From NCBI GenBank assembly GCA_002430735.1, contig DJCV01000004.1, positions 25,747 through 87,086 of the forward strand: DNA of 61,340 nt. The letters run 5' to 3'. This stretch comes from Candidatus Woesebacteria bacterium UBA5941 (GTDB lineage: Bacteria > Patescibacteriota > Microgenomatia > UBA8517). Below, piece by piece: positions 1-9,709 of this stretch (positions within the stretch are counted from its first letter, which is position 1; every line of letters starts with the position of its first letter). The notes under the pieces were generated by a model that worked only from the letters and a program-made list of their open reading frames with translations, was not told the DNA's origin and did not search any database. Both the position numbers and the translations under genes were made by a program.

Positions 1-12
1 TATAAGAGACAG
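1..12. other. Residual Illumina Nextera transposase mosaic-end adapter (last 12 nt of AGATGTGTATAAGAGACAG); not biological sequence
   Basis: The window begins TATAAGAGACAG. The reverse-complement 19-mer CTGTCTCTTATACACATCT sits at the opposite end (61322-61340). Confidence 0.9.
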
Positions 13-1715
13 ATATTAAAGAGTGAACTTTTAATACCAATGTTACCTGGAGCTCGCAGATTAAATGCTTTCTGGAATTCAGCACCTTCAATGGTCACAC
101 TCCCTTTATTTGTTGAAAACGTTACCGTCTGCGTTGAACCGCTATTACTGTATACAACAGAGACGCTACTTACGCTCGTGTATCCACCAATTCCTTGCAA
201 TTCGGAAACTGAATATGGATTGCCCCCAAAGCAATTATCAGGAGGGGCAACACGTCCAGTATCTCCTCCTCCCTTGGTAATAACGTGCCATCCATTTAAG
301 ATGTCTGCCATTTGTTCACTTGTTAACCATGGGTTGCTCTTTCCACAGGTTGCTCCACTGCGAGACTTAAACCACCCTTTATAAAACCATGGAGACCCTC
401 CAATTTTTTCGTACGCACCACCTGGCCAATCGCCTGAGGTATCTTTGATTCCAGACCACCCCCACTGGCTAATAGTGTAGCCTCCTGTTGATGCGGAGAA
501 AAATGTCTTTGCAGGTTGTCCATCTTTAATCATTACCCAGCCTCTGGTTGCACGAACAGCTTCAGCCCATTTACCACTTTTTAATTGTGGCTTATATACC
601 TGACATGCCTCGGTCGTACAGATGGTTCCTGCTCCGTTGTTTGTCTGAGAGAGTGCATAACTACGTGCGGCTACGGCTTGCGCCTTTAGTGCCTCAAACC
701 CACCATTGTTACCCCAACTTTCGGGCACTTCATAAATACCAAGTAAGTAGTTTTCTTCAAATGGAACACGACCAATTCCGGTTACCCCAATAGTTGCAGG
801 AACAGGAAAGTCCTTTCGAAGACTCGCGCCTTGATAATATGCCTCAAGAATTGTCTCCGCAGATTGGCCAGATTTACTGCGACCAAGTGCCCCGTATTGA
901 CTCATTCCTGTTCGGTGAGGTGCACCGAAGCTAAAGCCTGCGAATGCTGGTCGAAACCCCGGGTCACAGAAACTGGAAGTTCCCGGAGCGCCACTACAGG
1001 GATCCATTGTCGGAGGGGTATCCCCGATCGATGTTGAAAATCCACCAGCTTTTAACGCTAAGAGCTCTTCTTGTCGACCACTTAACTCAGTTAAATACGA
1101 TTCGACTTTTTTTACTTCTCCTTCTAAGAAAGTCGCGCGCTTATCAACGGAGACTTGCACAGCCGCAAGCTCTACTTTACTTTTCTCAAGTTTCTCCTTG
1201 TCAGTTCTTAAATTAGAGAGGTCTTTTCCATAGGTGTCCATGGTTTGTCGATCACCATCAACAGCTCGTTGTCTCAGGGAAATATCTAAGAACACATCTC
1301 GTGCACTATTACTCTCTAAAAAGGCTGAAAGAGGGTCATATAGTCGTATCAATTTATAGTGGTTGTGCGCCTTTTCGTCGAAGATTTTTCGGGCATAAGA
1401 CAAATCTTTATCACGCGCCGCGATTTTCCCTTCCAGTGTTTTTACTTGTTTTGTGACATTTGCGATGCGGGATTTTAAGCTGGTTATTTGTGTCTGGAGG
1501 TTTGAGAGTTCCTTTTTGTTGTTCTCATGTGCGGGAGCTAATGCCTCTGCATCTCTTTTTAGCTTTGCAATACACTCATCGATCTGTCCACCGCTTAACG
1601 CATTACTGTCACAATCTGTTTCAGCCCACGAGGAATGAAATGATGTTGCAAATAAAAGTGAGATAGACACTATAAAAAGGCTAGTCGTGAGTATAAGTCG
1701 AAGGTGTGATCGCAT
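1..1715 (-). CDS. SpoIID/LytB-domain peptidoglycan-remodelling protein with signal peptide and long coiled-coil N-region; C-terminus cut by the contig end
   Basis: Own translation of the minus strand from the ATG at 1713-1715: MRSHLRLILTTSLFIVSISLLFATSFHSSWAE..., then a heptad-rich region, then ...CTTEACQVYKPQLKSGKW...[22 protein letters not shown] (SpoIID-type SASTGG motif). The frame stays open to position 1 with no stop, which is why it is absent from the ORF track. Only short junk ORFs lie on the plus strand here. Confidence 0.7.
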   Translation of the reverse strand, partial: MRSHLRLILTTSLFIVSISLLFATSFHSSWAETDCDSNALSGGQIDECIAKLKRDAEALAPAHENNKKELSNLQTQITSLKSRIANVTKQVKTLEGKIAARDKDLSYARKIFDEKAHNHYKLIRLYDPLSAFLESNSARDVFLDISLRQRAVDGDRQTMDTYGKDLSNLRTDKEKLEKSKVELAAVQVSVDKRATFLEGEVKKVESYLTELSGRQEELLALKAGGFSTSIGDTPPTMDPCSGAPGTSSFCDPGFRPAFAGFSFGAPHRTGMSQYGALGRSKSGQSAETILEAYYQGASLRKDFPVPATIGVTGIGRVPFEENYLLGIYEVPESWGNNGGFEALKAQAVAARSYALSQTNNGAGTICTTEACQVYKPQLKSGKWAEAVRATRGWVMIKDGQPAKTFFSASTGGYTISQWGWSGIKDTSGDWPGGAYEKIGGSPWFYKGWFKSRSGATCGKSNPWLTSEQMADILNGWHVITKGGGDTGRVAPPDNCFGGNPYSVSELQGIGGYTSVSSVSVVYSNSGSTQTVTFSTNKGSVTIEGAEFQKAFNLRAPGNIGIKSSLFNICLL

Positions 1716-1790
1716 CGTTCTTGATTATACCAAGTGGATGCTAGTATCATTTGAGATTTTCTCTTAATAAAAATTTGATACACTTATAGC

Positions 1791-2618
1791 ATGAAAATAA
1801 TTCTAAAAATATTCGTTTCTTTTGCCATTTTAGGGGGCGTCACTCACCTTACAGCAAATAGTGCACTAGCCGCGTGTACCTCCAGAACAGTAGACCCCGC
1901 CTCCGGGCAAGTTGGAACGACATTTACCGTTCGTCTCGAAGGCTGTACGGCTGGTAATTATCAGGTGTCACTTTTTAAAGGAGGTCCATATCAAACATAT
2001 AGTGCTCAAAGTGTGGGTTCAAACGCGTACGTCGCAGTTATTAGTGGTCTTCCGGAAGGTACCTACTCAGCAACATATAACGAAGTTGGCCAAGGCGGTA
2101 CTTCTGTTGGAAATATCACGGTAACTCCTCAAGTAGGAGCGACAACAACGAGATTTGAATGCCAAACAGTGAACAACATGAGCTACTGCTTTAAATGCAC
2201 TTTTAACGGCACAACCAAAATTAGCTGTACTAGTCCAAGCTCTGGTGAAATGGGCAGCTGCCCAGCAGCGTGCAAATTAGTCGTTCCTGGAGGCAGTGTT
2301 GGGGTTGGAATGTCCGCAAATATTCAAGGTAGTTGCCCAGCAGATCAAATTGAAACAGGGATTGGGTGCATCCCTATTGGAAGTCCCACTGGTTTCGCTG
2401 CGTTCTTTTTGCGATGGGGATTAGGAATCGCAGGTGGAGTCGCTATGCTTGTTTTTGCATACGCTTCTTTCATGCTTATGACCTCGGCAGGTGATCCGAA
2501 AAGGCTCCAGACCGGAAAAGAGCTCCTCTTTTCTGTTATCTCAGGAATCATCATGCTTGTGTTCTCGATGTTTATTTTGAATTTACTGGGTGTAAATATC
2601 CTCGGACTTTTTGCATGA
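1791..2618 (+). CDS. Chimeric T4SS pilin-like protein P1: signal peptide, Ig-like module, Cys-rich module, C-terminal two-TM pilin domain
   Basis: Signal peptide MKIILKIFVSFAILGGVTHLTANSALA. The C-terminus reads GIGCIPIG...WGLGIAGGVAMLVFAYASFMLMTSAGDPKRLQTGKELLFSVISGIIMLVF, which is the TM-loop-TM pattern shared by all nine paralogs. Confidence 0.75.
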   Translation: MKIILKIFVSFAILGGVTHLTANSALAACTSRTVDPASGQVGTTFTVRLEGCTAGNYQVSLFKGGPYQTYSAQSVGSNAYVAVISGLPEGTYSATYNEVGQGGTSVGNITVTPQVGATTTRFECQTVNNMSYCFKCTFNGTTKISCTSPSSGEMGSCPAACKLVVPGGSVGVGMSANIQGSCPADQIETGIGCIPIGSPTGFAAFFLRWGLGIAGGVAMLVFAYASFMLMTSAGDPKRLQTGKELLFSVISGIIMLVFSMFILNLLGVNILGLFA

Positions 2619-3796
2619 GAACTACAAAAAAACAAATACTCCTTTCGATCGTATTCAGTGCTGCAGTATTTTTAGGTATTGGGAGTAAGACATTAGCCCA
2701 AGAGCCAAGTTGTGGATCGACGTTAACATTGTCCCCCGCAACAGGTGACGCAACAACTGTCTATACAATGACTGCGTCAAACTGTGTACAAAATATTGGA
2801 TATCGAATCTCAATCTTCAAAGATGGGAGTGGTGTTGAAAGCTTGCTTGCATACTCCTCCGGAGCTGAAGGATCATGGACTATCCAGTTCGGGCCACTTG
2901 CGGCAGGAACGTATGAGATACGATTCTTCAAAGAAGGTACTCCTTTTGAATACACGTCAAAAACAGTGACGGTTTCAAGCACTCCGCTTCCTGTGTCAGC
3001 TATTTGTGGCCAGGTTATTCCGATAGGTGCGAGCGTTACTTGTCCGACTGAGCCCTATTGTCCTCAAATGTCGACCGGAAGCGGACCAACAGGAGGTGCT
3101 GGCCGCTGGTGTGCATGTGGTGAGCTGAATTTTGGGTGCTGTCCAAACGGAAATAGTTTAAATAGAACTGCGTGTCAAAATGGGCTTACCTGCGAAAGCG
3201 GTGTATGCAGACTCGATGACAACAATACAGAAAAAGCAAAATATTATTGCGGTGAAATGGTTCGGCCAGAAGACGCAGGTAACTTTGAATGCATGGGGTG
3301 CCAAGCTGCGGTGCTTGATTCCCCTGGTCCTGACGGAGAGCAATATTGGTGTACCTGTGGAGGCGACTACCAGCTGTGCTGTCCAACCGCAGGAGCACAA
3401 CAGTGCGAAGGTGACTGCAATACGAAACCGGGAATTACCGATTGTAGTGGGAGCGGCCAAGCATGTGTTGGCGGAGTATGTATCATCCCCACACAGCAAA
3501 AAGTATCACTCTGTAGTGATCAAAAGTCAGTTTATACCGCCATTGGTTGTATCCCAATAGACACACTGTCTAATTTCATTTCGTTTGCACTTTCATGGGG
3601 CCTTGCTATTTCAGGCGCAGTTGCAATGCTCTCGCTTGCCGGCGCTGCATTTATGATTATGACTTCAGCAGGTGATGTTGCAAAACTTGAATCAGGGAAA
3701 CAAATGATTGTTGCAGCCGTGAGTGGAATCTTTTTCCTCGTGTTTGCTCTGTTCATATTACGTCTTATTGGAGTCAATATCTTAGGCTTATTTTAA
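2615..3796 (+). CDS. Chimeric T4SS pilin-like protein P2: signal peptide, Ig-like module, duplicated Cys-rich module, C-terminal pilin domain
   Basis: ATGA overlap with P1. The N-module is alignable with P1 (C..S..P..G...T...C...Y..S.FK.G....GTY....TVT/S). Internal repeat WCACG...CCP / WCTCG...CCP. C-terminus AIGCIPID...WGLAISGAVAMLSLAGAAFMIMTSAGDVAKLESGKQMIVAAVSGIFFLVF. Confidence 0.75.
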   Translation: MRTTKKQILLSIVFSAAVFLGIGSKTLAQEPSCGSTLTLSPATGDATTVYTMTASNCVQNIGYRISIFKDGSGVESLLAYSSGAEGSWTIQFGPLAAGTYEIRFFKEGTPFEYTSKTVTVSSTPLPVSAICGQVIPIGASVTCPTEPYCPQMSTGSGPTGGAGRWCACGELNFGCCPNGNSLNRTACQNGLTCESGVCRLDDNNTEKAKYYCGEMVRPEDAGNFECMGCQAAVLDSPGPDGEQYWCTCGGDYQLCCPTAGAQQCEGDCNTKPGITDCSGSGQACVGGVCIIPTQQKVSLCSDQKSVYTAIGCIPIDTLSNFISFALSWGLAISGAVAMLSLAGAAFMIMTSAGDVAKLESGKQMIVAAVSGIFFLVFALFILRLIGVNILGLF

Positions 3797-3808
3797 TGTC
3801 ATCATGCT

Positions 3809-3814
3809 ATACTA
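3809..3814 (+). promoter_or_regulatory. Extended -10 element (TGcTATACT) 7 nt upstream of the P3 start codon; probable leaderless transcript
   Basis: tgcTATACTaaattcacATG. There is no purine-rich SD between the -10 and the ATG at 3822. Confidence 0.4.
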
Positions 3815-3821
3815 AATTCAC

Positions 3822-4199
3822 ATGTTATCTACCATTTTAGCTCAAGGTTGTAGCGGGTTCACATTCTCTCAAGATTGTTTGCAGCAAATCGAAAACCAAG
3901 GAATTAAACCGAATAACCCAGGGTTTATTTCAACAAATGATATTGGGGATTTTTTCAATGGAAGCTATCGAATTACAAATCTCTTCTTTTTCTTTGCGGG
4001 AGGGGTCATCGCTTTTTATATTATCTCGGCTGGAATTGGATTTATGACATCACAAGGAAACCCACAAGCAGTTGCAGCGAGCAAGCAAAAACTTATTAAC
4101 GCATTTGCTGGGTTCTTCCTCCTCTTTTCTGCATACTGGATCGTGCAGTTAGCAGGAGCGATATTAGGCCTCGAAGGAATCACCCAAACATTCCAATAA
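3822..4199 (+). CDS. T4SS pilin-like protein P3 (TrbC/VirB2-like two-TM hairpin)
   Basis: N-terminus MLSTILAQ. Two hydrophobic helices flank the loop GFMTSQGNPQAVAASKQKLINAFAGFFL. Confidence 0.75.
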   Translation: MLSTILAQGCSGFTFSQDCLQQIENQGIKPNNPGFISTNDIGDFFNGSYRITNLFFFFAGGVIAFYIISAGIGFMTSQGNPQAVAASKQKLINAFAGFFLLFSAYWIVQLAGAILGLEGITQTFQ

Positions 4200-4200
4200 T

Positions 4201-4527
4201 ATGTCAGTTATTTACGCACAAGTTAATATCGGAGAGACCTTTGGCAGTCCATGGGGTGCCGAAGGTGGACTCCTCTTTGGAGATCTTTTTTCTTTAATAC
4301 TCTCAGGGGGGATTGTTGTAGGAAGTGTAATTACCGTTATTCTCTTTGTGATGGGAGGGCTCCACATGGTGCACGGAGCTGGAAGTGGTGACCCGAAGGC
4401 ATCTGCTCAAGGGAAAGAGGCTATTACGTGGGCACTGCTTGGGTTTGCAATAACATTCTCAGCATATTGGATCATTCGACTCATGCAGGACTTTTTCGGA
4501 ATACCGCTTCTTATTCAAGTAAACTAA
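4201..4527 (+). CDS. T4SS pilin-like protein P4
   Basis: N-terminus MSVIYAQ. Loop motif LHMVHGAGSGDPKASAQGKEAITWALLGFAI between two TM helices. One-nt gap from P3. Confidence 0.7.
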   Translation: MSVIYAQVNIGETFGSPWGAEGGLLFGDLFSLILSGGIVVGSVITVILFVMGGLHMVHGAGSGDPKASAQGKEAITWALLGFAITFSAYWIIRLMQDFFGIPLLIQVN

Positions 4528-4577
4528 GGCCGGAGTATTCCCTCTTTAAAAAATTCTGTATACTATTTTAGAAACAT

Positions 4578-4928
4578 ATGTATCAATTATTTGGAATTAT
4601 TAGACCCCCTGAGGGCGTTCGTGACTTTGGAACAAGCCCTGCTGAGGGAATTGGTCGTCTGATTCAACTGTTTTTCAACATATTAATCATCGCTGGAGGT
4701 ATTTATGCGGTGTTTAATTTTATTCTTGCAGGATATGCATTTTTATCAGCTGGAGATAATCCAAAAGGGATGGAAACTGCATGGGCTAAGATTTATCAAA
4801 CAATTATTGGACTAGTATTTCTCGTTGGATCATTCCTACTCTCTGCTGTAGTCGGTCTGTTAATTTTCGGCAGAGCAGACGCACTATTGAATCCAACATT
4901 AACAGTTCCTGGCGCTATTCCGTACTAA
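4578..4928 (+). CDS. T4SS pilin-like protein P5
   Basis: TM1 IAGGIYAVFNFILAGYAFLSAGDNPKGMETAWAKIYQTIIGLVFLVG TM2. TGTATACT -10-like element at 4557-4564. Confidence 0.7.
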   Translation: MYQLFGIIRPPEGVRDFGTSPAEGIGRLIQLFFNILIIAGGIYAVFNFILAGYAFLSAGDNPKGMETAWAKIYQTIIGLVFLVGSFLLSAVVGLLIFGRADALLNPTLTVPGAIPY

Positions 4929-4933
4929 ACTAA

Positions 4934-5305
4934 ATGAAAAGACTTGCAGCTGATTTTACATTTGCCCCGCCTGATGGTTTCAGTGGGCCTGGTGGAGGTG
5001 CATTTGAAAACCCTGGAGCAGATCCAGCCGGAAACTTTGAAACCTTAATTACGACTATTATTGGGGTCATGACCGTTGTTGCAGGTATTTGGTTCATCTT
5101 CGTTCTCTTTATTGGAGCAATTGGGTGGATAACGGCTGGTGGCGATAAAGGTGCAGTAGAAACTGCCCGGAAGCGTATTTCAAGCGGAATCACAGGACTT
5201 ACCGTTGTTGTAATCGCGATATTCCTCGCCAGTATGGTAGGACAATTCCTTGGGTTTGATATTCTAAATCTTGCTGAAATGATTAATGGATTAGCACCAC
5301 AATAA
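4934..5305 (+). CDS. T4SS pilin-like protein P6
   Basis: IGAIGWITAGGDKGAVETARKRISSGITGLTVVVIAIF. Close paralog of P7 and P8. Confidence 0.75.
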   Translation: MKRLAADFTFAPPDGFSGPGGGAFENPGADPAGNFETLITTIIGVMTVVAGIWFIFVLFIGAIGWITAGGDKGAVETARKRISSGITGLTVVVIAIFLASMVGQFLGFDILNLAEMINGLAPQ

Positions 5306-5311
5306 ACAGGC

Positions 5312-5653
5312 ATGTATTTCTCAACGGTATTAGCACAAGTCGGGAATCCGGTTATAACCAACGGAGAGAATGTTGATGGTATTGCTTTCTTTACAACATT
5401 TGTCGCCCGACTAATTGGAATTATTTTTGTTGTAGGGGCAATCGCCTTCTTCTTCATGTTTTTACTCGGTGCTGTTCGTTGGATAACTTCAGGTGGTGAC
5501 AAAGGACAAGTCGAATCCGCTCGAGCACAAATCACCCAGGCGCTCACAGGACTCATTGTTATGTTTAGCATTTGGGCAATTGCCACTCTCCTCGAAGAAG
5601 TACTTGGATTTAACATCTTAAGCCTCGATGTGGCCGGACTCCTCCCTCAATAA
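5312..5653 (+). CDS. T4SS pilin-like protein P7
   Basis: N-terminus MYFSTVLAQ. LLGAVRWITSGGDKGQVESARAQITQALTGLIVMFSIW. Confidence 0.75.
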   Translation: MYFSTVLAQVGNPVITNGENVDGIAFFTTFVARLIGIIFVVGAIAFFFMFLLGAVRWITSGGDKGQVESARAQITQALTGLIVMFSIWAIATLLEEVLGFNILSLDVAGLLPQ

Positions 5654-5728
5654 CATTACTTCTACTTGACGTAGTACCCTGGTATGCACCATAAATAGAG
5701 AGGAACTTTTGTATTGATATTAAAAGTT

Positions 5729-5756
5729 TTGACAACAGTGAAAATCGTGTTAAACT
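5729..5756 (+). promoter_or_regulatory. Sigma-70-like internal promoter of the pilin array (TTGACA-N16-TAAACT with TGn extension), followed by SD AAGGAGG at 5781-5787
   Basis: ttTTGACAacagtgaaaatcgTGtTAAACTatac in the only sizeable gap of the array (5654-5799). The 12-mer GTGTTAAACTAT recurs at 15973-15984. Confidence 0.5.
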
Positions 5757-5799
5757 ATACGATTTTTCATTAAATCTTTCAAGGAGGTGACACAATGAT

Positions 5800-6156
5800 A
5801 TGAATTTATTTTCTACGGTATTAGCTCAAACAACTTTTGACGTTAGCCAGGGTGCAACAGTTGGTCAAACTGGATCAGCTTTAAACGAGTTTACAATCCC
5901 AGGACTCATTAGTTTTGCTGTAACCGCGATTATTATCGTAGCAGGACTTATCTTCTTTTTCATGCTTATTATTGGAGGTCTTCGTTGGATCCTTTCAGGT
6001 GGAGACAAAGCACAAACAGAATCAGCACGAAGTCAGATTACTGCTGCGTTAATTGGACTCGTAATTATTTTCTCAGCTTGGGCGATTGTTACCCTCGTCG
6101 AGAACGTATTCGGTTTCAATGTTCTAAACTTAACATTACCAGCCTTAAACAGCTAA
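5800..6156 (+). CDS. T4SS pilin-like protein P8
   Basis: N-terminus [47 protein letters not shown]. Good SD upstream. Confidence 0.8.
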   Translation: MNLFSTVLAQTTFDVSQGATVGQTGSALNEFTIPGLISFAVTAIIIVAGLIFFFMLIIGGLRWILSGGDKAQTESARSQITAALIGLVIIFSAWAIVTLVENVFGFNVLNLTLPALNS

Positions 6157-6169
6157 TAATGCAAGTTAC

Positions 6170-6199
6170 AAAAAGGTCCAGTTTTGTCTGGGCTTTTTT
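6170..6199 (+). terminator. Probable rho-independent terminator after P8
   Basis: AAAAAGGTCCAG-ttttgt-CTGGGCTTTTTT. The stem is imperfect (about 10 of 12 positions pair) and is followed by a T-run. Confidence 0.5.
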
Positions 6200-6220
6200 G
6201 TTGCCTATAAGTTAAACTTC

Positions 6221-7762
6221 GTGAATATGAAACAGAAGGCAGTGATTATTGGCGCAGGTCCTGCCGGACTTACTGCAGCATACGAATTATCAAAAACCAA
6301 CACCTTCACTCCCCTTATTCTTGAACGATCAAAGCGAGTCGGAGGATTATCCACAACAATTACATACAAAGGAAATAAGATCGACATTGGTGGACATCGT
6401 TTTTTTACAAAGTCGGATACTATCATGCAGTGGTGGCTATCATTTCTCCCAATTGAAAAGGGATACGGCAAATCTGAACTCACATACCATGGAAGGAAAC
6501 AAGCTGTTACTTCCAAGCACCTTTTTCAGAAACGAAATAAAAACGATGTAATGATGATCCGAAACAGACTTTCTCGGATATATTACAAAGGAAAGTTCTT
6601 TGAATACCCACTCGAACTTAATCTCAAAACAATACAGTCGATCGGAGTGCTTGATTCTTTCTGGTTTCTGTTTAGTTATATACAAGCGATTGTTCGCCCT
6701 ATTAAACCTGAAATTACCCTCGAAGATTTCTTTATTAACCGCTTTGGTAAAAAACTGTATGAAACGTTCTTTAAAACGTATACGGAGAAGGTTTGGGGGA
6801 AAAAATGCAGTGAAATACCTGCATTGTGGGGGAAGCAAAGAGTAAAGGGACTTTCCATGAAAAAAGCTGTTGTAAACGGAGTTTTAAAGATGATAAGGCC
6901 TCAGCACTTTAGCCCGAATAAAAAAACTGAAACCAGCCTCATTGAGAAGTTTCTTTATCCCAAGTATGGGCCAGGTCAACTGTGGAATCTCGTTTCAAAA
7001 GTAGCGAAAAAAAATGGTGCTGAGCTCAAATTTGAATCTGAAATTGAGTCGATTCACATACAGAACTCTCGAGTCTCATCCATCACATATAGAGATCGAA
7101 ACCAGAAGAAATATAAAACAGCAGCTTCTGTTGTGATATCCAGTATTTCAATACAAGAACTAGTCCCTTTGATTACCCCTCCTCCACCAAAAAAAATCTT
7201 ACAAATAGCAGCAGGACTCGAGTACCGAGATTTCTTGGTTGTTGGAATTCTTCTCAAAAAAACAACGGTAAAATTACACGACAACTGGTTGTATATTCAC
7301 GACCCAATAGTCAAGGTTGGACGAATTCAAATATTTAATAATTGGAGCCCTAGTATGGTGAAAGATAAAAAGACGGTGTGGATCGGTATGGAATATTTCA
7401 GTAATACCGATGACGATTTCTGGAAGCAAAAAGATATAGAAATTATTACCATTGCAAAAAAGGAAATTGCGGCCCTCGGGCTAGCTTCCGAAGACATGGT
7501 TATTGATGCGACTATATACAGAGCTCCAAAAGCATATCCTGCATACACTGGTAGTTACTCTCAATTCGAAGCACTAAAGAGATATCTCAACCGAATTGAG
7601 AACTTATTTTTGATCGGAAGAAACGGTATGCACAAGTACAATAATCAAGACCATTCAATGCTTACCGCAATTGAAGCGGTGAATATAATTGTTGAAAAGA
7701 GGCGTGATAAGAACTCAATTTGGGATATAAATACCGAAGAAGAATACCATGAGACTAAATAG
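6221..7762 (+). CDS. NAD(P)/FAD-dependent oxidoreductase (amine-oxidase / UDP-galactopyranose-mutase-like fold)
   Basis: N-terminal dinucleotide fold [18 protein letters not shown]...[10 protein letters not shown]. The ATG at 6227 is an alternative start. First gene of the glycosylation cassette. Confidence 0.65.
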   Translation: MNMKQKAVIIGAGPAGLTAAYELSKTNTFTPLILERSKRVGGLSTTITYKGNKIDIGGHRFFTKSDTIMQWWLSFLPIEKGYGKSELTYHGRKQAVTSKHLFQKRNKNDVMMIRNRLSRIYYKGKFFEYPLELNLKTIQSIGVLDSFWFLFSYIQAIVRPIKPEITLEDFFINRFGKKLYETFFKTYTEKVWGKKCSEIPALWGKQRVKGLSMKKAVVNGVLKMIRPQHFSPNKKTETSLIEKFLYPKYGPGQLWNLVSKVAKKNGAELKFESEIESIHIQNSRVSSITYRDRNQKKYKTAASVVISSISIQELVPLITPPPPKKILQIAAGLEYRDFLVVGILLKKTTVKLHDNWLYIHDPIVKVGRIQIFNNWSPSMVKDKKTVWIGMEYFSNTDDDFWKQKDIEIITIAKKEIAALGLASEDMVIDATIYRAPKAYPAYTGSYSQFEALKRYLNRIENLFLIGRNGMHKYNNQDHSMLTAIEAVNIIVEKRRDKNSIWDINTEEEYHETK

Positions 7763-8891
7763 TTACATTAACACAGTACTCTCCATTGTCAGCACTGTTG
7801 CCGTACTCATTGCAGGAGTACTAATTCTTAATTTATTTTATCAGTCGTATCAGACGATGCTGGTAAAAGGCAGCGTTGATTTGCGAAATCGAATAACAGG
7901 AACTCGTGTTGCGTTAACAGACCAAGATCCGTATACATACACATGGAAAGTGACCGATCCGATTGAGTGGGCAGATCCATACGCAGACCCTGTCGGGACA
8001 ACGAGTAGACTCACAGTCAGCCCAGGGTTATTACTGTTTCACCTTCCTTTATCTTATTTGAGATTTGATCAGACTATTGTGTTGTGGTTCTTTATCGAAT
8101 GGTTGGCGTTATTAATCACTGTGCTCATTTTATTAAAGTATATGCCCTCAAAGAACAAGAAGCTTCTATTTTTTGTTCTTACAACAGCCTTTACACTCAG
8201 CATCTACTGGAGGATACACATTCTCGCAGGTCAGGTATATATATTTTATGCACTCGCGAGCGCTGTGATTATGGTTTTCTTACAACGAAATAACGCGCAA
8301 AAGTTAGCAGGAATAGCGTTTGCAATCTTATGCATTGCAAGACCGCCTTATATGTTTTTGTTGGTCCCTTTTCTTGTTTTGTGGCCTCAATACAAAACAT
8401 TCATCCTGAGCTTTTTCATGTCGCTGATCAGCACTTTCATCCTAACTGGACTAGTGTTTGGATTCCCCATTTGGAGACAGTATGCTCAATCGATGATATT
8501 GCATGACGGAATTTCATCACAGAATTTGATCGAGAGAAATTATTCAACCGATATATATCCACAGTTAATTGAAAATGTTTCCTTTTTACGAGGAGACAGA
8601 CTCCCGTTACTTGAGCAAGAAGACTCGTTTAGGGGATCACTAAACAAACATTTCGGTCTCCATGCAAATGTTACAACGCTGCTATTCTTAATGGGAGCAT
8701 TCACAATACTCGCAGCGGTTTTTATATATGCACAAAAAAATATTCTTTCAATACAACATGTCTTTCTACTAGGAATAACGCTTGTATTAGTAATTGAATA
8801 TCTACTCCCCGCTAAGCATTATATGTATGCAAATATCCAATGGATTATTCCGCTCGCAATAGTAATACAACAATGGAAATCTCGATCATAG
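7749..8891 (+). CDS. Polytopic integral membrane protein, possibly a GT-C-type glycosyltransferase or flippase-like protein
   Basis: 380 aa with about 9-10 hydrophobic segments. Overlaps the upstream oxidoreductase and downstream GT2 genes (operonic). There is no diagnostic motif, so the function is inferred from context only. Confidence 0.35.
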   Translation: MRLNSYINTVLSIVSTVAVLIAGVLILNLFYQSYQTMLVKGSVDLRNRITGTRVALTDQDPYTYTWKVTDPIEWADPYADPVGTTSRLTVSPGLLLFHLPLSYLRFDQTIVLWFFIEWLALLITVLILLKYMPSKNKKLLFFVLTTAFTLSIYWRIHILAGQVYIFYALASAVIMVFLQRNNAQKLAGIAFAILCIARPPYMFLLVPFLVLWPQYKTFILSFFMSLISTFILTGLVFGFPIWRQYAQSMILHDGISSQNLIERNYSTDIYPQLIENVSFLRGDRLPLLEQEDSFRGSLNKHFGLHANVTTLLFLMGAFTILAAVFIYAQKNILSIQHVFLLGITLVLVIEYLLPAKHYMYANIQWIIPLAIVIQQWKSRS

Positions 8892-9709
8892 TTCCATTTC
8901 TGAATGAGGAGAAATATATAAAGCGATGCGTGAAGTCGCTTCAAAGACAAACACTAAAGCGTCGAACGAAGAGTGAACTGCTCTTCATAGACAACGGGTC
9001 AACAGATAGCTCCACGGAGATTGTTCGATCGCTCGCACCAGTCAAGTTGCTTACAGAAACAAAACCAAATGTATATGCCGCTAGAAACAAAGCACTGTCT
9101 GTTGCAAAAGGAGAGATTATTGCATTTACCGATGCCGACTGCAGTGTTTCTGTAGAGTGGATCTCTACGATCCAAGAATGCTTTTCAGATCAAGCTGTTG
9201 GTATAGTAATTGGAAAAAGAGCGTTTCCAAAAACGCATGACCCGTTTTTAAAATATCTTGAAGATTACGACAATGCAAAAATGAAGTATGTTGTAACGAA
9301 TGGTGATGTGAACACATTGTTTGGGTTCACAAACAATATGGCGGTACGAAAGAGCGCGATTACCAAGGTCCGAGGATTTAAGGAACTGGAAGTAAACGGC
9401 GATACTGATTTAGTACAAAATATTGTAAAAAAAACTAAATACACGGTTATTTATAATGAGAAAATGTTGATTACCCATCTGGAAATAACAAACTGCTATC
9501 AGTGGTACAAGAAAATGTATCTTTACGGCTTTCACAACAAAACACTCTCACGGCAGACGTCATATAAAGCACTCACGATGGCAGACAATATTTCAATTTT
9601 TAAGAGAGCGTCACACAAATACACATTCAGAGAGAAAAGCATTGCACTTCTTGCTCTTGCGATCGGAATACTGTCATACAAAGCCGGCGAAATAAAGGCT
9701 TTCACATGA
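8873..9709 (+). CDS. Glycosyltransferase family 2
   Basis: [27 protein letters not shown]...FIDNGSTDSS...AFTDADC (GT-A fold, DxD). The tracked ORF starts at 8840, but the ATG at 8873 gives the canonical GT2 N-terminus. Confidence 0.75.
   Translation: MEISIIVPFLNEEKYIKRCVKSLQRQTLKRRTKSELLFIDNGSTDSSTEIVRSLAPVKLLTETKPNVYAARNKALSVAKGEIIAFTDADCSVSVEWISTIQECFSDQAVGIVIGKRAFPKTHDPFLKYLEDYDNAKMKYVVTNGDVNTLFGFTNNMAVRKSAITKVRGFKELEVNGDTDLVQNIVKKTKYTVIYNEKMLITHLEITNCYQWYKKMYLYGFHNKTLSRQTSYKALTMADNISIFKRASHKYTFREKSIALLALAIGILSYKAGEIKAFT

Noticed and set aside
4930-5616. 228-aa minus-strand ORF spanning the pilin array
   Set aside because: It runs antisense across two consecutive plus-strand pilin genes (P6 and P7) that carry a conserved motif and tight operon spacing. 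Its own sequence is low-complexity (A/P/I/T-rich), as expected from the complement of Gly/Ala/Ile-rich TM codons.
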